Origin: Leptospirales bacterium | Lineage (GTDB): Bacteria > Spirochaetota > Leptospiria > Turneriellales > JAOUFE01 | Length of the DNA stretch: 17,431 nucleotides | NCBI GenBank assembly: GCA_040326155.1 | Contig: JBEQLE010000084.1 | Coordinates: forward strand, 1-17,431 | Reading direction: 5' to 3' | In this document: positions 6,578 through 16,877 of the stretch, piece after piece | Position numbering within the stretch: the stretch's first letter is position 1 | Layout of the letters: each line of letters begins with the position of its first letter | Program-made: the position numbers and the translations under genes | The notes under the pieces: generated by a model | The model's input: only the letters and a program-made list of their open reading frames with translations | Told to the model about the DNA's origin: nothing | Databases searched by the model: none

Positions 6578-7087
6578 TTATTCTTCCAGGTGTTCTAGTT
6601 CTTCGAGGCTATAAATGAGATAATCAAGTTGCACCAATATAATTACCTGATCATTTAGTTTAGCAACTCCCCTGACAAGAGCCTTGGTAGTGTCTCGAAC
6701 CATATCCGGATTCCCTTCAATATTATCTTCCGAAACAGTAATTACTTTATTAACTTCATCGACCACCATACCCACAAGTTTATTGTGATGGTTAACTACC
6801 ACAATTCTTGTAAACTCATTATATTCGAGTGGTTCTAGACCAAATTTTTGACGAAGGCCGATTACCGGAATAATATTTCCACGCAGGTTCATAACCCCTA
6901 AAATAAATTCAGGGCTTCGTGGTAATTTTTTAATTGTTTTCATCCGAATGACTTCCTGGACCTTTTCAATTTCTAGTCCATAATCTTCCTTTCCAATACG
7001 AAACACAATAATCTGTGTCGAGGTAGACGCGGCGGAAACATTCTCGTCATCGGTATCTTGTGCGATATCATTATCCATCATATCCAT
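6578..7087 (-). CDS. cheW: Chemotaxis adaptor CheW
   Basis: QIIVFRIGKEDYGLEIEKVQEVI...ILGVMNLRGNIIPVI...VGMVVDEV; GGAG RBS upstream. Confidence 0.97.
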   Translation of the reverse strand: MDMMDNDIAQDTDDENVSAASTSTQIIVFRIGKEDYGLEIEKVQEVIRMKTIKKLPRSPEFILGVMNLRGNIIPVIGLRQKFGLEPLEYNEFTRIVVVNHHNKLVGMVVDEVNKVITVSEDNIEGNPDMVRDTTKALVRGVAKLNDQVIILVQLDYLIYSLEELEHLEE

Positions 7088-7132
7088 AGCTTTGCTCCAT
7101 TACTTTCGTTATGATATCGGTGTTTCATTTTA

Positions 7133-9382
7133 TTAACCCTGCTCATCATTCGTATCAACTTCACTCTCCAGTTCTAAAGCTCCCTCATCACCGGCAATGA
7201 CTTTAAATTGTTTGGCAGATTCTATCAATAAATGTATCTTATCCATAAAATTCATTAAAATCTCATCCACTTGTTCAAGCTCGGCCGTATTCTCAGATGA
7301 TATTTCATTGGCTTTCTCCATTAAATTGATTATTACACCAGAGGTATCAATCTGTTTACGGGTACTACTTGTAATATTGTTGGCCAGTCCGGCAACCGTT
7401 TTTGCCCGCTCTGCCGTTTCAGCAACCGCAGTTTCCTGAGTCTGGGTAAACTCATCCATGTCATTAATACGTTCATCAAGATCGGACATTAGAACCACAA
7501 TCTGGTTAAAAAACCCTTTTGCATTTTCCACTTTCTTAGATACATCAGCAACCTGTTGTACTGTTTCTTTAATTAAAGCCGCAATTTCATCGGCACTACG
7601 AGCTGAACGTTTGGCCAGTTCCGAAACTTCATTTGCTACAACAGAAAACCCTTTACCATGTTTTCCCGCCCGGGCGGCCTCAATAGAAGCATTCAAAGCA
7701 AGTAAATTCGTCTGGTCGGCAAGGTCATCAATTACACTAATAATTCCTCGAATTCTTTTAGAGGAATCTGAAATCCTCTGAACATTTTCGGCAAATTCAT
7801 CAATTGTCGCCAAACCAGATTGGGACTTCAATACAACGTTTTCGGCCCCTTTTGTAATGGCCTTGCGTCTTTCACGATACTTATCAAAAGACTCTTTTAA
7901 CTCGCTCATTGCCTTCTGGTTGGTCTCGGCCCCTTCAAGCTGTAATCCCGCTAACTTATCGATCTCTTCGGCGACTTTTGAAAACTGCCCTACAGACTTC
8001 TCAGTAGATTTCAAAAGCAAGGCCTGTTCATTCGAGCTTTTTTGAACATTCCCCAGATTGATAAAGAACTTGCGACCAATCGACATTACCTCTTTTCCAT
8101 TGGTAACAAATAATAAAATAATATTTCTAAACCGTATCGTCAACTGGTTCACACCATGAGCCAGGTACCCAATATCGCCTTGGTCATGGATATCAATTTT
8201 ATCCATATACAAATTACCAGCTCCGATATTATCTACCGTTTTTTCAATGAGATTCAAAGGTTCACGAATTTTTCCTTTTGAGATTCTATAAACCATATAT
8301 GTTGCAATAATTGTAGCAAGCATAACAATCAATAATAATATAACAACTAAAAACTGAAGCGGTTTGCCAGCTTCTGAGGTATCCATCTGTACAATAATCA
8401 CTCCATCCCAATAAAGCGGTTGGTCAGGTTCCTGGTGATCTCTGAGTTTACTCCAGGCCAAAATGGTAGATACCCCGTTCACCCATTCTCGCTTGTGCCC
8501 TTCATCTCTATCAATAAAGGTTTTTAATGAGGCAGATACCGATTTTGTACTGTAATAGATCTTCCCTGACTCGGACATAATATGAACCCGTAAAGATTCA
8601 GAAACTTCGTCTTTGCTAAAAAATCGTTTATTGATAAAATGGGTTTTCATGTACATAAGTTTATTGTACACATACTTGCTTAACTGGTTTACATTTTCAA
8701 AAGCAACAATACACCCTTTATTACCATAAACGGGCTGGGTCCACATAAAAAGGTTGCTTGCAAGGTTTGTATCTTTAGTATTTATGCCTTTTTTGTCGGG
8801 ATGAAAGACAGCGTCTTTAGCCGTTTTACAATTTTCAAACCATTCAGACCCGGCAAACGTTTTATCTAAAAGACCGCTCCATAATAAGGGAGCGCCGGTC
8901 CCTTTTAAATTATTCCCGGCCACAATAGAGCCGTTCTCATTGAGTATCCACACACCCTCGATATTACGCTCATTAGCGACTATTTCGTTTAACAAATCTG
9001 TAAGCGACGATGCATTATTATCATTGAAACTGTTTACCAGCCTGGAATTTTCAGAAAATTGACGTAAAAACTGGGCACGATTGTGTAAAGCCTGTTGAAT
9101 AACCAGTACATTTGAATGAGCCGAATCTAGAAGCTGGTCGGCTACTGTGTTTAACAAATATTGTCGCCCGAACAAGAAAACAATTGCGGCCGCAATAAGC
9201 GTAACTGCCGCGATCATTACCGCTGAACCCTTTGTGATCTGGGCTAATATCGACGACTTACGAATAAACTCATTAGAATCGTCAACAGACCCCGTTTCAG
9301 TGGGCTCTGCTGACTCCAAATTATTTACCGCAAGGTCTTCTTTTGAGGACTCGTCTTGAGTTTTTTCTTTATCTTCGGCCAT
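7133..9382 (-). CDS. Methyl-accepting chemotaxis protein (2 TM, large Cache-like periplasmic domain, HAMP, signalling domain)
   Basis: Two hydrophobic segments; hairpin tip [33 protein letters not shown]; acidic N-terminal extension; no C-terminal xWxxF pentapeptide. Confidence 0.96.
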   Translation of the reverse strand: MAEDKEKTQDESSKEDLAVNNLESAEPTETGSVDDSNEFIRKSSILAQITKGSAVMIAAVTLIAAAIVFLFGRQYLLNTVADQLLDSAHSNVLVIQQALHNRAQFLRQFSENSRLVNSFNDNNASSLTDLLNEIVANERNIEGVWILNENGSIVAGNNLKGTGAPLLWSGLLDKTFAGSEWFENCKTAKDAVFHPDKKGINTKDTNLASNLFMWTQPVYGNKGCIVAFENVNQLSKYVYNKLMYMKTHFINKRFFSKDEVSESLRVHIMSESGKIYYSTKSVSASLKTFIDRDEGHKREWVNGVSTILAWSKLRDHQEPDQPLYWDGVIIVQMDTSEAGKPLQFLVVILLLIVMLATIIATYMVYRISKGKIREPLNLIEKTVDNIGAGNLYMDKIDIHDQGDIGYLAHGVNQLTIRFRNIILLFVTNGKEVMSIGRKFFINLGNVQKSSNEQALLLKSTEKSVGQFSKVAEEIDKLAGLQLEGAETNQKAMSELKESFDKYRERRKAITKGAENVVLKSQSGLATIDEFAENVQRISDSSKRIRGIISVIDDLADQTNLLALNASIEAARAGKHGKGFSVVANEVSELAKRSARSADEIAALIKETVQQVADVSKKVENAKGFFNQIVVLMSDLDERINDMDEFTQTQETAVAETAERAKTVAGLANNITSSTRKQIDTSGVIINLMEKANEISSENTAELEQVDEILMNFMDKIHLLIESAKQFKVIAGDEGALELESEVDTNDEQG

Positions 9383-9400
9383 AAAAATTGTATATTACCT

Positions 9401-9427
9401 TTATCGGCAAAGCTGGTATCAAATAGG
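9401..9427 (-). promoter_or_regulatory. Candidate sigma28 (FliA) promoter for mcp
   Basis: Perfect GCCGATAA (plus-strand ttatcggc 9401-9408) 18 nt upstream of the mcp ATG; -35 match is poor. Confidence 0.55.
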
Positions 9428-9444
9428 ATGAAAATAACGCTTTC

Positions 9445-10041
9445 TTACTGCTTTTTATCCTTTTTCCGTCTGCCTTTCAAAATATCCATGGGTCCAGAAA
9501 TTACTCCTTCATCTATCCAAATACGCAATAATATTAGAATAAACATTACAGCAGTATTCAGAAATACCCATAAAAAACTCAGTGCGTGAAATTTAAAATA
9601 CACCATAATCGTTTTTGCGACTATGCTCAACGTAAATCCGACAAACAAGGCTGAGTCTGAGTGCAAAAGTTTTTGCCAAAACAACGCCCCGGTACTCTCG
9701 CCAACAAGGCTTTCTCTTGATTTAGGCAACAAGAAAAACAATGCTACAGAAAGAATCGCCGAATGAAAAAACAGATCTTCGTAATGAGCTCCATATAATC
9801 CACCCATATACGAGACCAATAAACCGACAAACGCTGCGATCGCAAAGGCATAATAGACAATTGGTTTCTCACCGGTATTAAAAAAGACCTTCCATTCTGT
9901 TTCCATTATATAACGGACACCAGTCAGCTCATCTCTTTTAAATTCATCTCGATCGCCTGAAAACAGTCGTTTATAATAACTGACAGTTATTACAAACACT
10001 GAACTCAAAGCGTATATTATAAGAAAAATAATTAATTCCAT
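9445..10041 (-). CDS. Hypothetical integral membrane protein (~5 TM); start reassigned to ATG 10041
   Basis: Strong GGAGGAG RBS (10050-10044) just before MELIIFLII; several hydrophobic segments and a basic C-tail. Confidence 0.8.
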   Translation of the reverse strand: MELIIFLIIYALSSVFVITVSYYKRLFSGDRDEFKRDELTGVRYIMETEWKVFFNTGEKPIVYYAFAIAAFVGLLVSYMGGLYGAHYEDLFFHSAILSVALFFLLPKSRESLVGESTGALFWQKLLHSDSALFVGFTLSIVAKTIMVYFKFHALSFLWVFLNTAVMFILILLRIWIDEGVISGPMDILKGRRKKDKKQ

Positions 10042-10143
10042 TTCTCCTCCAAGGATAATGCTAATATAAGCCAAAAAACAAGTGCAATGCAAAAGCTCAA
10101 CAATTTTTTCTTGTCTGGAGCTTTAGAATGCATTTTTTGCCCT

Positions 10144-10821
10144 ATGAACTCACCAAACATAGCAAAAATTATTGCTTTACTGTTATTATCTGCATTTGCA
10201 TCAACAACTGTCGCTCAAATCAAATATTCAATCGAAGTGGAAACTACACCCGAAGAAACCCAGAAGAAAATTGAAGAGACATTGAAAAAATTCAATACTC
10301 CATTCAAACTTATGGATAAGACGAGTGGTTTTCAGTACCGAACCAAAACGCCTTTCTTAAATCCCTTTGCAATGAATATTTTTGTCGGAGAGTTTAATAA
10401 TAAAACCGTAATCCGAATTGACTCTCCCTTTTATCGAACAAGCCGGGCCTTTACCGATGTGTTATTACAAGAAAGCGGCGTCTCCGCCTTTCCAGTGACA
10501 TACCGTCCTAAATCTGCCCTTTTATCCATTCCACTTACTTTAATTGCTCCCTCACTGGGCTCCTGGTATACTTTCGCGAAGTCGCCCTTGAAACCGGCAA
10601 AATTCTGGATGTCACCGTTTATTTATCTGGGTATTGACCTCGTCCTGCTTTTTATAGGCGGTAAAACATTTTTTACCCACGGTTTCGATCCGTTTGATCG
10701 GGGTTTAATTAGTACAGTCATACTTTTAGGAACCCATCGTCTTTTTCATATGTATCTGAATATTTCCGCTGTTACGGCTCACAACCGTTTAGTTAAAATG
10801 GGTTATACCTTCCAGTATTGA
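10144..10821 (+). CDS. Hypothetical exported/membrane protein (signal peptide, soluble N-domain, C-terminal TM helices); start probably 10144
   Basis: MNSPNIAKIIALLLLSAFASTTVA signal-like segment; hydrophobic stretches ALLSIPLTLIAP, FIYLGIDLVLLFIGG, LISTVILLG; ends in FQY. Confidence 0.75.
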   Translation: MNSPNIAKIIALLLLSAFASTTVAQIKYSIEVETTPEETQKKIEETLKKFNTPFKLMDKTSGFQYRTKTPFLNPFAMNIFVGEFNNKTVIRIDSPFYRTSRAFTDVLLQESGVSAFPVTYRPKSALLSIPLTLIAPSLGSWYTFAKSPLKPAKFWMSPFIYLGIDLVLLFIGGKTFFTHGFDPFDRGLISTVILLGTHRLFHMYLNISAVTAHNRLVKMGYTFQY

Positions 10822-11684
10822 ATGTGGGTACACTTGAACTACTTAAAATTTTTACTGAGCCGCAAAGACTGCGTATATTGCACCTGTTAAGGTCAGCTCC
10901 GTTAAATGTAAACGAAATTGTAGAAATTTTACACGTATCACAATCGAATATCAGCCACCATATCAAGATTTTAAAAAATCTGGGGTTGGTAGAACTTCGT
11001 AAAAGTGGAAACCAGAATTACTATTATAGTTCAGAATCTCCAAATCTGCCTGAATCGGTAAAAAAAATCTGGTTAAACACAGTGGAGTTAATATCTGAGC
11101 TTCCCGAAGCCATGAACGATGAAAGAAACCTGGTGATGGTACTCGGCGCCAGAAGCAGTGCAAGTGAAGACGGGTTCGAAGACTGGCGCCAGAAACAACC
11201 AGACTTGCCTTTTACCCATGAATTTACTTTAGCGGGACTTCCCCAGGCCTCCATGGCTGTTGACATAGGGTGCGGAAACGGCGACCTTCTTCCTTTGTTA
11301 CGGCAATCTTTTCGAACTGTAATTGGTATCGACCTTTCGATTAAACATATGTTTACCGCCAGTAATTACCACAAAAGTCCTAATGTTCAACTGGTTTGCT
11401 CAGATGCCATGAACCTGCCCCTGTCTGACCATACCGTTGATACGGCATATTATCGTATGACACTCGGGTTCATAAAAGAACGTGAAAAAGCGCTCGATGA
11501 AGCTTTTAGAATAGTTAAACCCGGCGGCAGAATTTCAATTATCGATCAACCAGCTCTGAATAAAAAACAAGACTCCCTGTTTTCCTACAATTATTTTGCA
11601 AATTTCTGTAAAGACAAAGAAGCTAAATTAATTCACTACCGTCTCTACCAACAAGTCTTTATTTGTACCATCGAGAAAAACTAA
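10818..11684 (+). CDS. ArsR-family HTH fused to class I SAM-dependent methyltransferase domain (SahR-like)
   Basis: EPQRLRILHLL...VNEIVEILHVSQSNISHHIKILKNLGLV; VDIGCGNG, IGIDLS, DAMNLPL, EAFRIVKPGG; TTG start overlapping the upstream TGA. Confidence 0.9.
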   Translation: MNVGTLELLKIFTEPQRLRILHLLRSAPLNVNEIVEILHVSQSNISHHIKILKNLGLVELRKSGNQNYYYSSESPNLPESVKKIWLNTVELISELPEAMNDERNLVMVLGARSSASEDGFEDWRQKQPDLPFTHEFTLAGLPQASMAVDIGCGNGDLLPLLRQSFRTVIGIDLSIKHMFTASNYHKSPNVQLVCSDAMNLPLSDHTVDTAYYRMTLGFIKEREKALDEAFRIVKPGGRISIIDQPALNKKQDSLFSYNYFANFCKDKEAKLIHYRLYQQVFICTIEKN

Positions 11685-11705
11685 GCTCTTAATAAAGAGA
11701 ATTTA

Positions 11706-12530
11706 TTAATTGCTAATAATTTCTTCTTGCTCTTTTCTGGCACGAGCAATAGCTTTCATAGAACTTTCAAAATCGGGTAAAAAGAATTCAGGGTCTAAAA
11801 TTACATTTTTATATCTTACTTCAAAATGAAGGTGTGGTCCGGTACTTCTACCGGTACTTCCAGATAAAGCAACAATTTGCCCTTTGCTAATTTTATCGCC
11901 TTTCTTTACAAGAATTTTTGACAGATGTGCGTAGCGAGTAACATAATTGTCTGCGTGCGCAATAGAAATTATATTGCCATAAGCGCCCGAAAATTTGGCT
12001 TGAACAACTTCACCTTCCAAAGCCGACACAACAACAGTACCGGTTGGAGTCGCGATATCAAGACCGGGATGAACCCTGCCCCATCGGTTGCCCACCCTGG
12101 AAGTAATTCGATTGCCTTCCACCGGCCAGATGAATTCTCCATTAGGAACGTCCATGGACAGTCGTTCGATACCTTGAATTTTAAGTTCTTCAATATAACT
12201 TTCCGAAAATGGTAGAAAAACCCATTGGGAACCAGACAGATACCGGGTTTTTTCGGAAATACTATTTATAGCTATAATATCGGATGGTTGAACGCCATAT
12301 TTCTGGGCAAGCGTTTTAAGCGCGTCCCCCTGGCGACCTTCATGCCATATTCCGTATTTACCGGAATACGTTTGAATATACTCATTATCAATAAGTACTG
12401 TTTCAACTTTTGATAGCGTTTGCACCTGCATCGCTATTTTTCTCCATGAATTAATAGGCTCTTCGCCCGAAACCGGGTGCCAACCAACTATTACCATGGA
12501 AAATCCCAAAATTATTCCCCAAAATTTCAT
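11706..12530 (-). CDS. LysM + M23 family peptidoglycan endopeptidase
   Basis: Signal-like N-terminus; LysM GDALKTLAQKYGV...IIAIN; M23 motifs HPGLD, TRYAHL, GSTGRSTGPHLHFEV. Confidence 0.95.
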   Translation of the reverse strand: MKFWGIILGFSMVIVGWHPVSGEEPINSWRKIAMQVQTLSKVETVLIDNEYIQTYSGKYGIWHEGRQGDALKTLAQKYGVQPSDIIAINSISEKTRYLSGSQWVFLPFSESYIEELKIQGIERLSMDVPNGEFIWPVEGNRITSRVGNRWGRVHPGLDIATPTGTVVVSALEGEVVQAKFSGAYGNIISIAHADNYVTRYAHLSKILVKKGDKISKGQIVALSGSTGRSTGPHLHFEVRYKNVILDPEFFLPDFESSMKAIARARKEQEEIISN

Positions 12531-12568
12531 TTACAAGTTCCCTCTTACTCAATATCTATTTTTCAGGC

Positions 12569-12596
12569 ATTTTACCCAGGGTAGTCTACCTGTCAA
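12569..12596 (-). promoter_or_regulatory. Sigma70 promoter for the LysM-M23 gene
   Basis: Minus strand TTGACA (12596-12591)-N16-TAAAAT (12574-12569), followed by an AAGAGGG RBS before ATG 12530. Confidence 0.7.
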
Positions 12597-12692
12597 TGGT
12601 TAACAGAAATGGAAATATTTTATGTAATTCATTTATATTATTTTCTAAAAATGTGTTTACCGGGAGTAAACCTTTAGATCATTCTACTGCTT

Positions 12693-13901
12693 ATGATTAC
12701 TGATTTACCAGGTATTGAAAATCTGGACGTAAACCGAAAGCGAGTTATAGTACGAGTTGATTTTAATGTACCAATTGATAATAAAACCGGGCAGATCGGC
12801 GATTCTGGCAGAATTGAAAAGGCGATACCTACCATTAATTATCTTCTGGAGTCAAACGCGGCGGTAATATTAATTACCCACCTGGGACGTCCAAAGTCTC
12901 ACAGAGAAAAAAGCTTATCTACAAAAATACTCATTGAAAAACTCCGTGAACTAATACAAGATACTGATATAATACAAGCTCCCTTTACTACCCCCGAAAA
13001 ACTGGAAAAATTAAGTTCCAAACTGGAACCGGGGCAAATTTTATTGCTCGAAAACATACGTTATTATCCAGAAGAAACATCCGATGAAAGTAAAGTTCGC
13101 AAAGCATTTGCAAAAAAAATGGCCAGACTCGGCGACTTAATCGTGAATGACGCCTTTGGAGCTTGCCACAGAGCCCACACTACCGTTAAAGAGCTACCTG
13201 AAATTTTACCCTCTTATGCTGGTTTTTTACTAAAAAAAGAAATTCAGATATTATCAACTATTTTAAACAACCCTGCTCGTCCATTTGTAGCCATTATCGG
13301 AGGCGCAAAAGTTTCCAGCAAAATGGCAGTACTCTCAAATCTGGTTACCAGAGTCGACAGTATTATAATTGGCGGGGGGATGGCTTATACATTTTTAAAA
13401 TCGAAAGGCCTGAAAATGGGAGATTCCCTGGTCGAAGATGAACATTTAAGCCAGGCTTTTCAAATTAACGACAAAGCCAATTTCAATGAGACCGGTTTTT
13501 ACCTGCCCGACGACCACACTATTGCCAGTGAGTTTTCGCCCGATGCCAAAGTAAAAGCTTCAGGTCTTGAAATTCCCGAAGGATGGATGGGTATGGACAT
13601 CGGACCCAAAACCATCAAAAAATTCGAAAAAATAATTAAAGATGCAAAAACAATTCTCTGGAACGGTCCAATGGGGGTTTTTGAGATGGAACCCTTTTCA
13701 AAAGGAACAATGAGTATCGCTAAATCTCTGAGTAAAAACAAAGGAACAACTATCGTAGGCGGTGGCGATTCCATGTCGGCGCTAAAAAAATCAGGACTAG
13801 AAGATAGCATCACACATATCAGCACAGGAGGGGGAGCAACCCTGGAATTTTTAGAAGGTAAGAAACTACCTGGAATTCAGGCTCTGTTAAAAAAAGTGTA
13901 A
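12693..13901 (+). CDS. pgk: Phosphoglycerate kinase
   Basis: VRVDFNVP, HLGRP, LLENIR, NDAFGACHRAH, IGGAKVSSK, WNGPMGVFE, GGGDS, HISTGGGATLEFLEGKKLPGI. Confidence 0.99.
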   Translation: MITDLPGIENLDVNRKRVIVRVDFNVPIDNKTGQIGDSGRIEKAIPTINYLLESNAAVILITHLGRPKSHREKSLSTKILIEKLRELIQDTDIIQAPFTTPEKLEKLSSKLEPGQILLLENIRYYPEETSDESKVRKAFAKKMARLGDLIVNDAFGACHRAHTTVKELPEILPSYAGFLLKKEIQILSTILNNPARPFVAIIGGAKVSSKMAVLSNLVTRVDSIIIGGGMAYTFLKSKGLKMGDSLVEDEHLSQAFQINDKANFNETGFYLPDDHTIASEFSPDAKVKASGLEIPEGWMGMDIGPKTIKKFEKIIKDAKTILWNGPMGVFEMEPFSKGTMSIAKSLSKNKGTTIVGGGDSMSALKKSGLEDSITHISTGGGATLEFLEGKKLPGIQALLKKV

Positions 13902-13902
13902 A

Positions 13903-15099
13903 ATGTCTGAGTTTAAAAAATCGATAGGAACACAAGACTTCAACCAAAGCAAACTCTCCAAAAAAGTTACGCAACTGGTACCATCGGGAATTCGTCAATT
14001 TTTTGACATCGTCTCCCAGCGAGATGACGTAATTTCTTTAGGAGTCGGTGAACCAGATTTTGTAACACCTAAAGTCATTATCGAAGAAGCCATTTCTTCC
14101 CTGCGAAAAGGGTACACTCACTACACCAGCAACCAGGGAACCGCAAGCCTTAGAAAAGCGATTGCAACCTACCTTGAAGACCAATACGACCTTTCATATA
14201 ATCCCGATAACGAGATACTAATAACGGTGGGAGTTTCCGAAGGAATCGACCTGGCGCTTCGATCGGTTATTAACCCTGGCGATGGAGTTTTGTTCGGTGT
14301 TCCCAGCTATGTATCTTATTTTCCACTCGTTGAAATGAGCGGGGGCAAAACCCAGAAAGTAAACACTGGAGTCAAAGACGACTTCCGTATGACCACCGAA
14401 AATATCGAGAACAACTGCGATAGCTCAAGTAAGGTGATGTTTATTAATTACCCGTCCAACCCCACAGGCAGAAGTTACCAAAGAAATGAACTCGAAAAAA
14501 TTGCCAAACTGGTCGAAGAAAAAGACCTTTTGGTTGTATCAGATGAAATCTATGGCGGTCTTACTTACGATTATGACCACACACCATTTGCAAAAATCGA
14601 TAACATGAAAGAACGAACGGTAATGCTGGGTGGCTTTTCAAAAACATTCGCCATGACCGGATGGCGAGTAGGTTTTGCCGTCGGACCAAAAGAGTGGATT
14701 CAATCGATGCTTAAAATTCACCAATACAGTATGTTATGCGCCCCGACTATAAGTCAATTCGCCGCAGAAGCAGCTTTAAAATACGCGCTACCTGACGCTG
14801 CAAAAATGAAAGATGAATACTTTCAAAGACGAGAATTTATTGTCAAAGAGTTCAACCGCATAGGTTTAACAGTATCGAAACCCGAAGGGGCATTTTTTGT
14901 CTTCCCGAACATCAAAGATGTGGGGTTAAGTTCTATAGATTTTGCCACCGGTCTTCTCGACACAGAAGCGGTCGCGGTTATTCCGGGCACGGCCTTTGGC
15001 GACGAGGGCGAAGGTTTTATTCGTTGTGCATACGCCGCGAGCCTGAAAAACCTGAAAACATCCGTAGAAAAAATCGAAAGATTTATAAATTCAGTTTAA
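13903..15099 (+). CDS. PLP-dependent class I/II aminotransferase
   Basis: ISLGVGEPDF, YPSNPTG, VSDEIY, FSKTFAMTGWRVG (PLP lysine), IPGTAFG..GEGFIR. Confidence 0.96.
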   Translation: MSEFKKSIGTQDFNQSKLSKKVTQLVPSGIRQFFDIVSQRDDVISLGVGEPDFVTPKVIIEEAISSLRKGYTHYTSNQGTASLRKAIATYLEDQYDLSYNPDNEILITVGVSEGIDLALRSVINPGDGVLFGVPSYVSYFPLVEMSGGKTQKVNTGVKDDFRMTTENIENNCDSSSKVMFINYPSNPTGRSYQRNELEKIAKLVEEKDLLVVSDEIYGGLTYDYDHTPFAKIDNMKERTVMLGGFSKTFAMTGWRVGFAVGPKEWIQSMLKIHQYSMLCAPTISQFAAEAALKYALPDAAKMKDEYFQRREFIVKEFNRIGLTVSKPEGAFFVFPNIKDVGLSSIDFATGLLDTEAVAVIPGTAFGDEGEGFIRCAYAASLKNLKTSVEKIERFINSV

Positions 15100-15103
15100 A
15101 AAA

Positions 15104-16300
15104 TTATAACCAGATTTGTATGGCTTCTATGTAGATATTTTTCTGTTTACCCAGGAGTCCTTTATAGCGACCAAAAATAACAGCTCTGGTTTTTTGTTCT
15201 TCAATATTGTCTTCTGTTTCTTTAAAATCTTCATAGGGTTTCCAGTTCGTCTGTTCTTCGCCTGTTTGAAAAAACACTTCTACGGAATAAGTTGCATCCG
15301 AATCTTCTATTTCAAGACGAATTTCTTGACCACGGTCAACTTCTTTTAAACTAACGACTTTTCCTTCCCAGATAATAAGTGCGTCCATGTAAAATTCAGG
15401 GTGTTCCAGAATTTCTTCCGGTGAGACCGGGTCATTTAACTCTTTGTACTCCGGCTCTGGTATAAAATTTAAAAAAATACGACTTCTCTCTTTAGATTGA
15501 AAGTCTGCGTTTGAGTATAAAATTCTTTGAAGTAAAAAACGAGCCTGGTTCACTTTACCGGCAGACAGGTTGTCTTTAGCCAATTGAAAATCTGTTATCA
15601 AGGAATCTCGTTCTTTATATTCATAAAGGCTATCATCTGCATTTCGATGCATTGGAATTGTAGCTGACTCATCAATGGTCAAGTTTTTCCAGGCATCCAT
15701 GGATGGCCCTTCATTTTCTGGACTATTTTGCGTATATAAAAAATAAGTAAACACCACAGCGACGAAAAGCCCTGTAAATGAAAGTACCAGAATTTTGGCA
15801 AGACTACCCGACTTGGGACGCAATATTCGGGAATTTGTGGTCGGTTTTTCCCCACCTGGAATTTTTGCAGTGGGCATCTCGGACGGAAAAACCGGTAAAA
15901 CAATAAATTCGGCAAAATCTCCTTTGCCAGCCATTTCAATAAGGGGTTCGTTATTTCTGGCCTTTTCGATTAAATTGCGAGCAAGCCAACCCTCTTCGGT
16001 ATCGACAATTCGAGTCCACTCCCACAGGGCCTTCTCAAGATCACCCTCTAACAAGTCCGAATAAGCTTTTAGATAGTGAAAAAAAGGAGAATCCTGATGC
16101 AAAGTAGCCGCTCTGGCAAGATTTTCTTGAAAAGGTTGCTTTTGGTTTAAAAAACCGTGTGCGGCAGCGGCAAAATACCAGCCCCAGAAATTATTTTCAT
16201 CCAGCCTCAAAGCATTTTCAGCCTGCTCAAGCGCTCCTGTAAAATCACCCTCTCGTATTAAACGGTAGGCCTCGATAATAGACGTGGAATTTTCACTCAC
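15104..16300 (-). CDS. TPR-containing single-pass membrane protein
   Basis: N-terminal TPR-like helices (GDFTGALEQAENALRLDENN), TM ILVLSFTGLFVAVVFTYFLY, second helical repeat and beta-rich OB-like C-terminus (WEGKVVSL); GTG start with AGGAG upstream. Confidence 0.8.
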   Translation of the reverse strand: MSENSTSIIEAYRLIREGDFTGALEQAENALRLDENNFWGWYFAAAAHGFLNQKQPFQENLARAATLHQDSPFFHYLKAYSDLLEGDLEKALWEWTRIVDTEEGWLARNLIEKARNNEPLIEMAGKGDFAEFIVLPVFPSEMPTAKIPGGEKPTTNSRILRPKSGSLAKILVLSFTGLFVAVVFTYFLYTQNSPENEGPSMDAWKNLTIDESATIPMHRNADDSLYEYKERDSLITDFQLAKDNLSAGKVNQARFLLQRILYSNADFQSKERSRIFLNFIPEPEYKELNDPVSPEEILEHPEFYMDALIIWEGKVVSLKEVDRGQEIRLEIEDSDATYSVEVFFQTGEEQTNWKPYEDFKETEDNIEEQKTRAVIFGRYKGLLGKQKNIYIEAIQIWL

Positions 16301-16316
16301 ATTTATATCCGTACTC

Positions 16317-16877
16317 CTAGTTTACCCGCTCCACATAGGAAATATCACGTAGGTCAATTTTAACTTTATCGCCTTGTTTTACAAAAATCGGAACCTGCAG
16401 CTTTCCACCGGTTTCAAGCTCTACAATTTTCGTGGCATTTGTCGCCGTATCGCCTTTCAGACCCACTTCTGCGTAAGTCACCTCAAGAACAGTAAAGTTC
16501 GGGGGAAGTATACTCACTGGGGCGTCTTCGTACATTAAAATAGTAAGTTCCATGTTTTCTTTCATAAAAGGGATAAGCTCTTCCACTTCCGATTTCGCAA
16601 CCGGTATCTGGTCGTAACTCTCCGTATCCATAAAAATCATTTCGTCGCCTTCTTCATACGAAAAAGTCGCAGGTCTTTTTTCAAGTTCAATATCTTCAAG
16701 CGTTTCACCAGAACGAAAAGTTCTCTCAATAGTCGTGCCCTTCGTAAGACTCTTCATCTTGGTACGCACCACCGATGCGCCTTTGCCCGGTTTGTGAAGC
16801 TGAAAACTTTGTAATAGAAATATATCACCTTCAATTTTAAAGGCCATTCCCCGTTTAACATGGTTTGAGTTGATCAT
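16317..16877 (-). CDS. efp: Elongation factor P
   Basis: KPGKG loop, TFRSGE, KGDTAT, LETG...VPIFV...IDLR...YVER. Confidence 0.99.
   Translation of the reverse strand: MINSNHVKRGMAFKIEGDIFLLQSFQLHKPGKGASVVRTKMKSLTKGTTIERTFRSGETLEDIELEKRPATFSYEEGDEMIFMDTESYDQIPVAKSEVEELIPFMKENMELTILMYEDAPVSILPPNFTVLEVTYAEVGLKGDTATNATKIVELETGGKLQVPIFVKQGDKVKIDLRDISYVERVN

Noticed and set aside
277..16064. Short antisense or alternate-frame ORFs inside recR, higA, RHH, PIN, the DUF4349 gene, ribD, mcp, the ArsR fusion, M23, pgk and the TPR gene, plus 4902..5177 and 9356..9589
   Set aside because: Shadow ORFs overlapping well-supported genes, with no motifs or RBS.
16760..16800. Unusual EF-P modification loop
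   Set aside because: KPGKG is the ordinary lysine-type loop.
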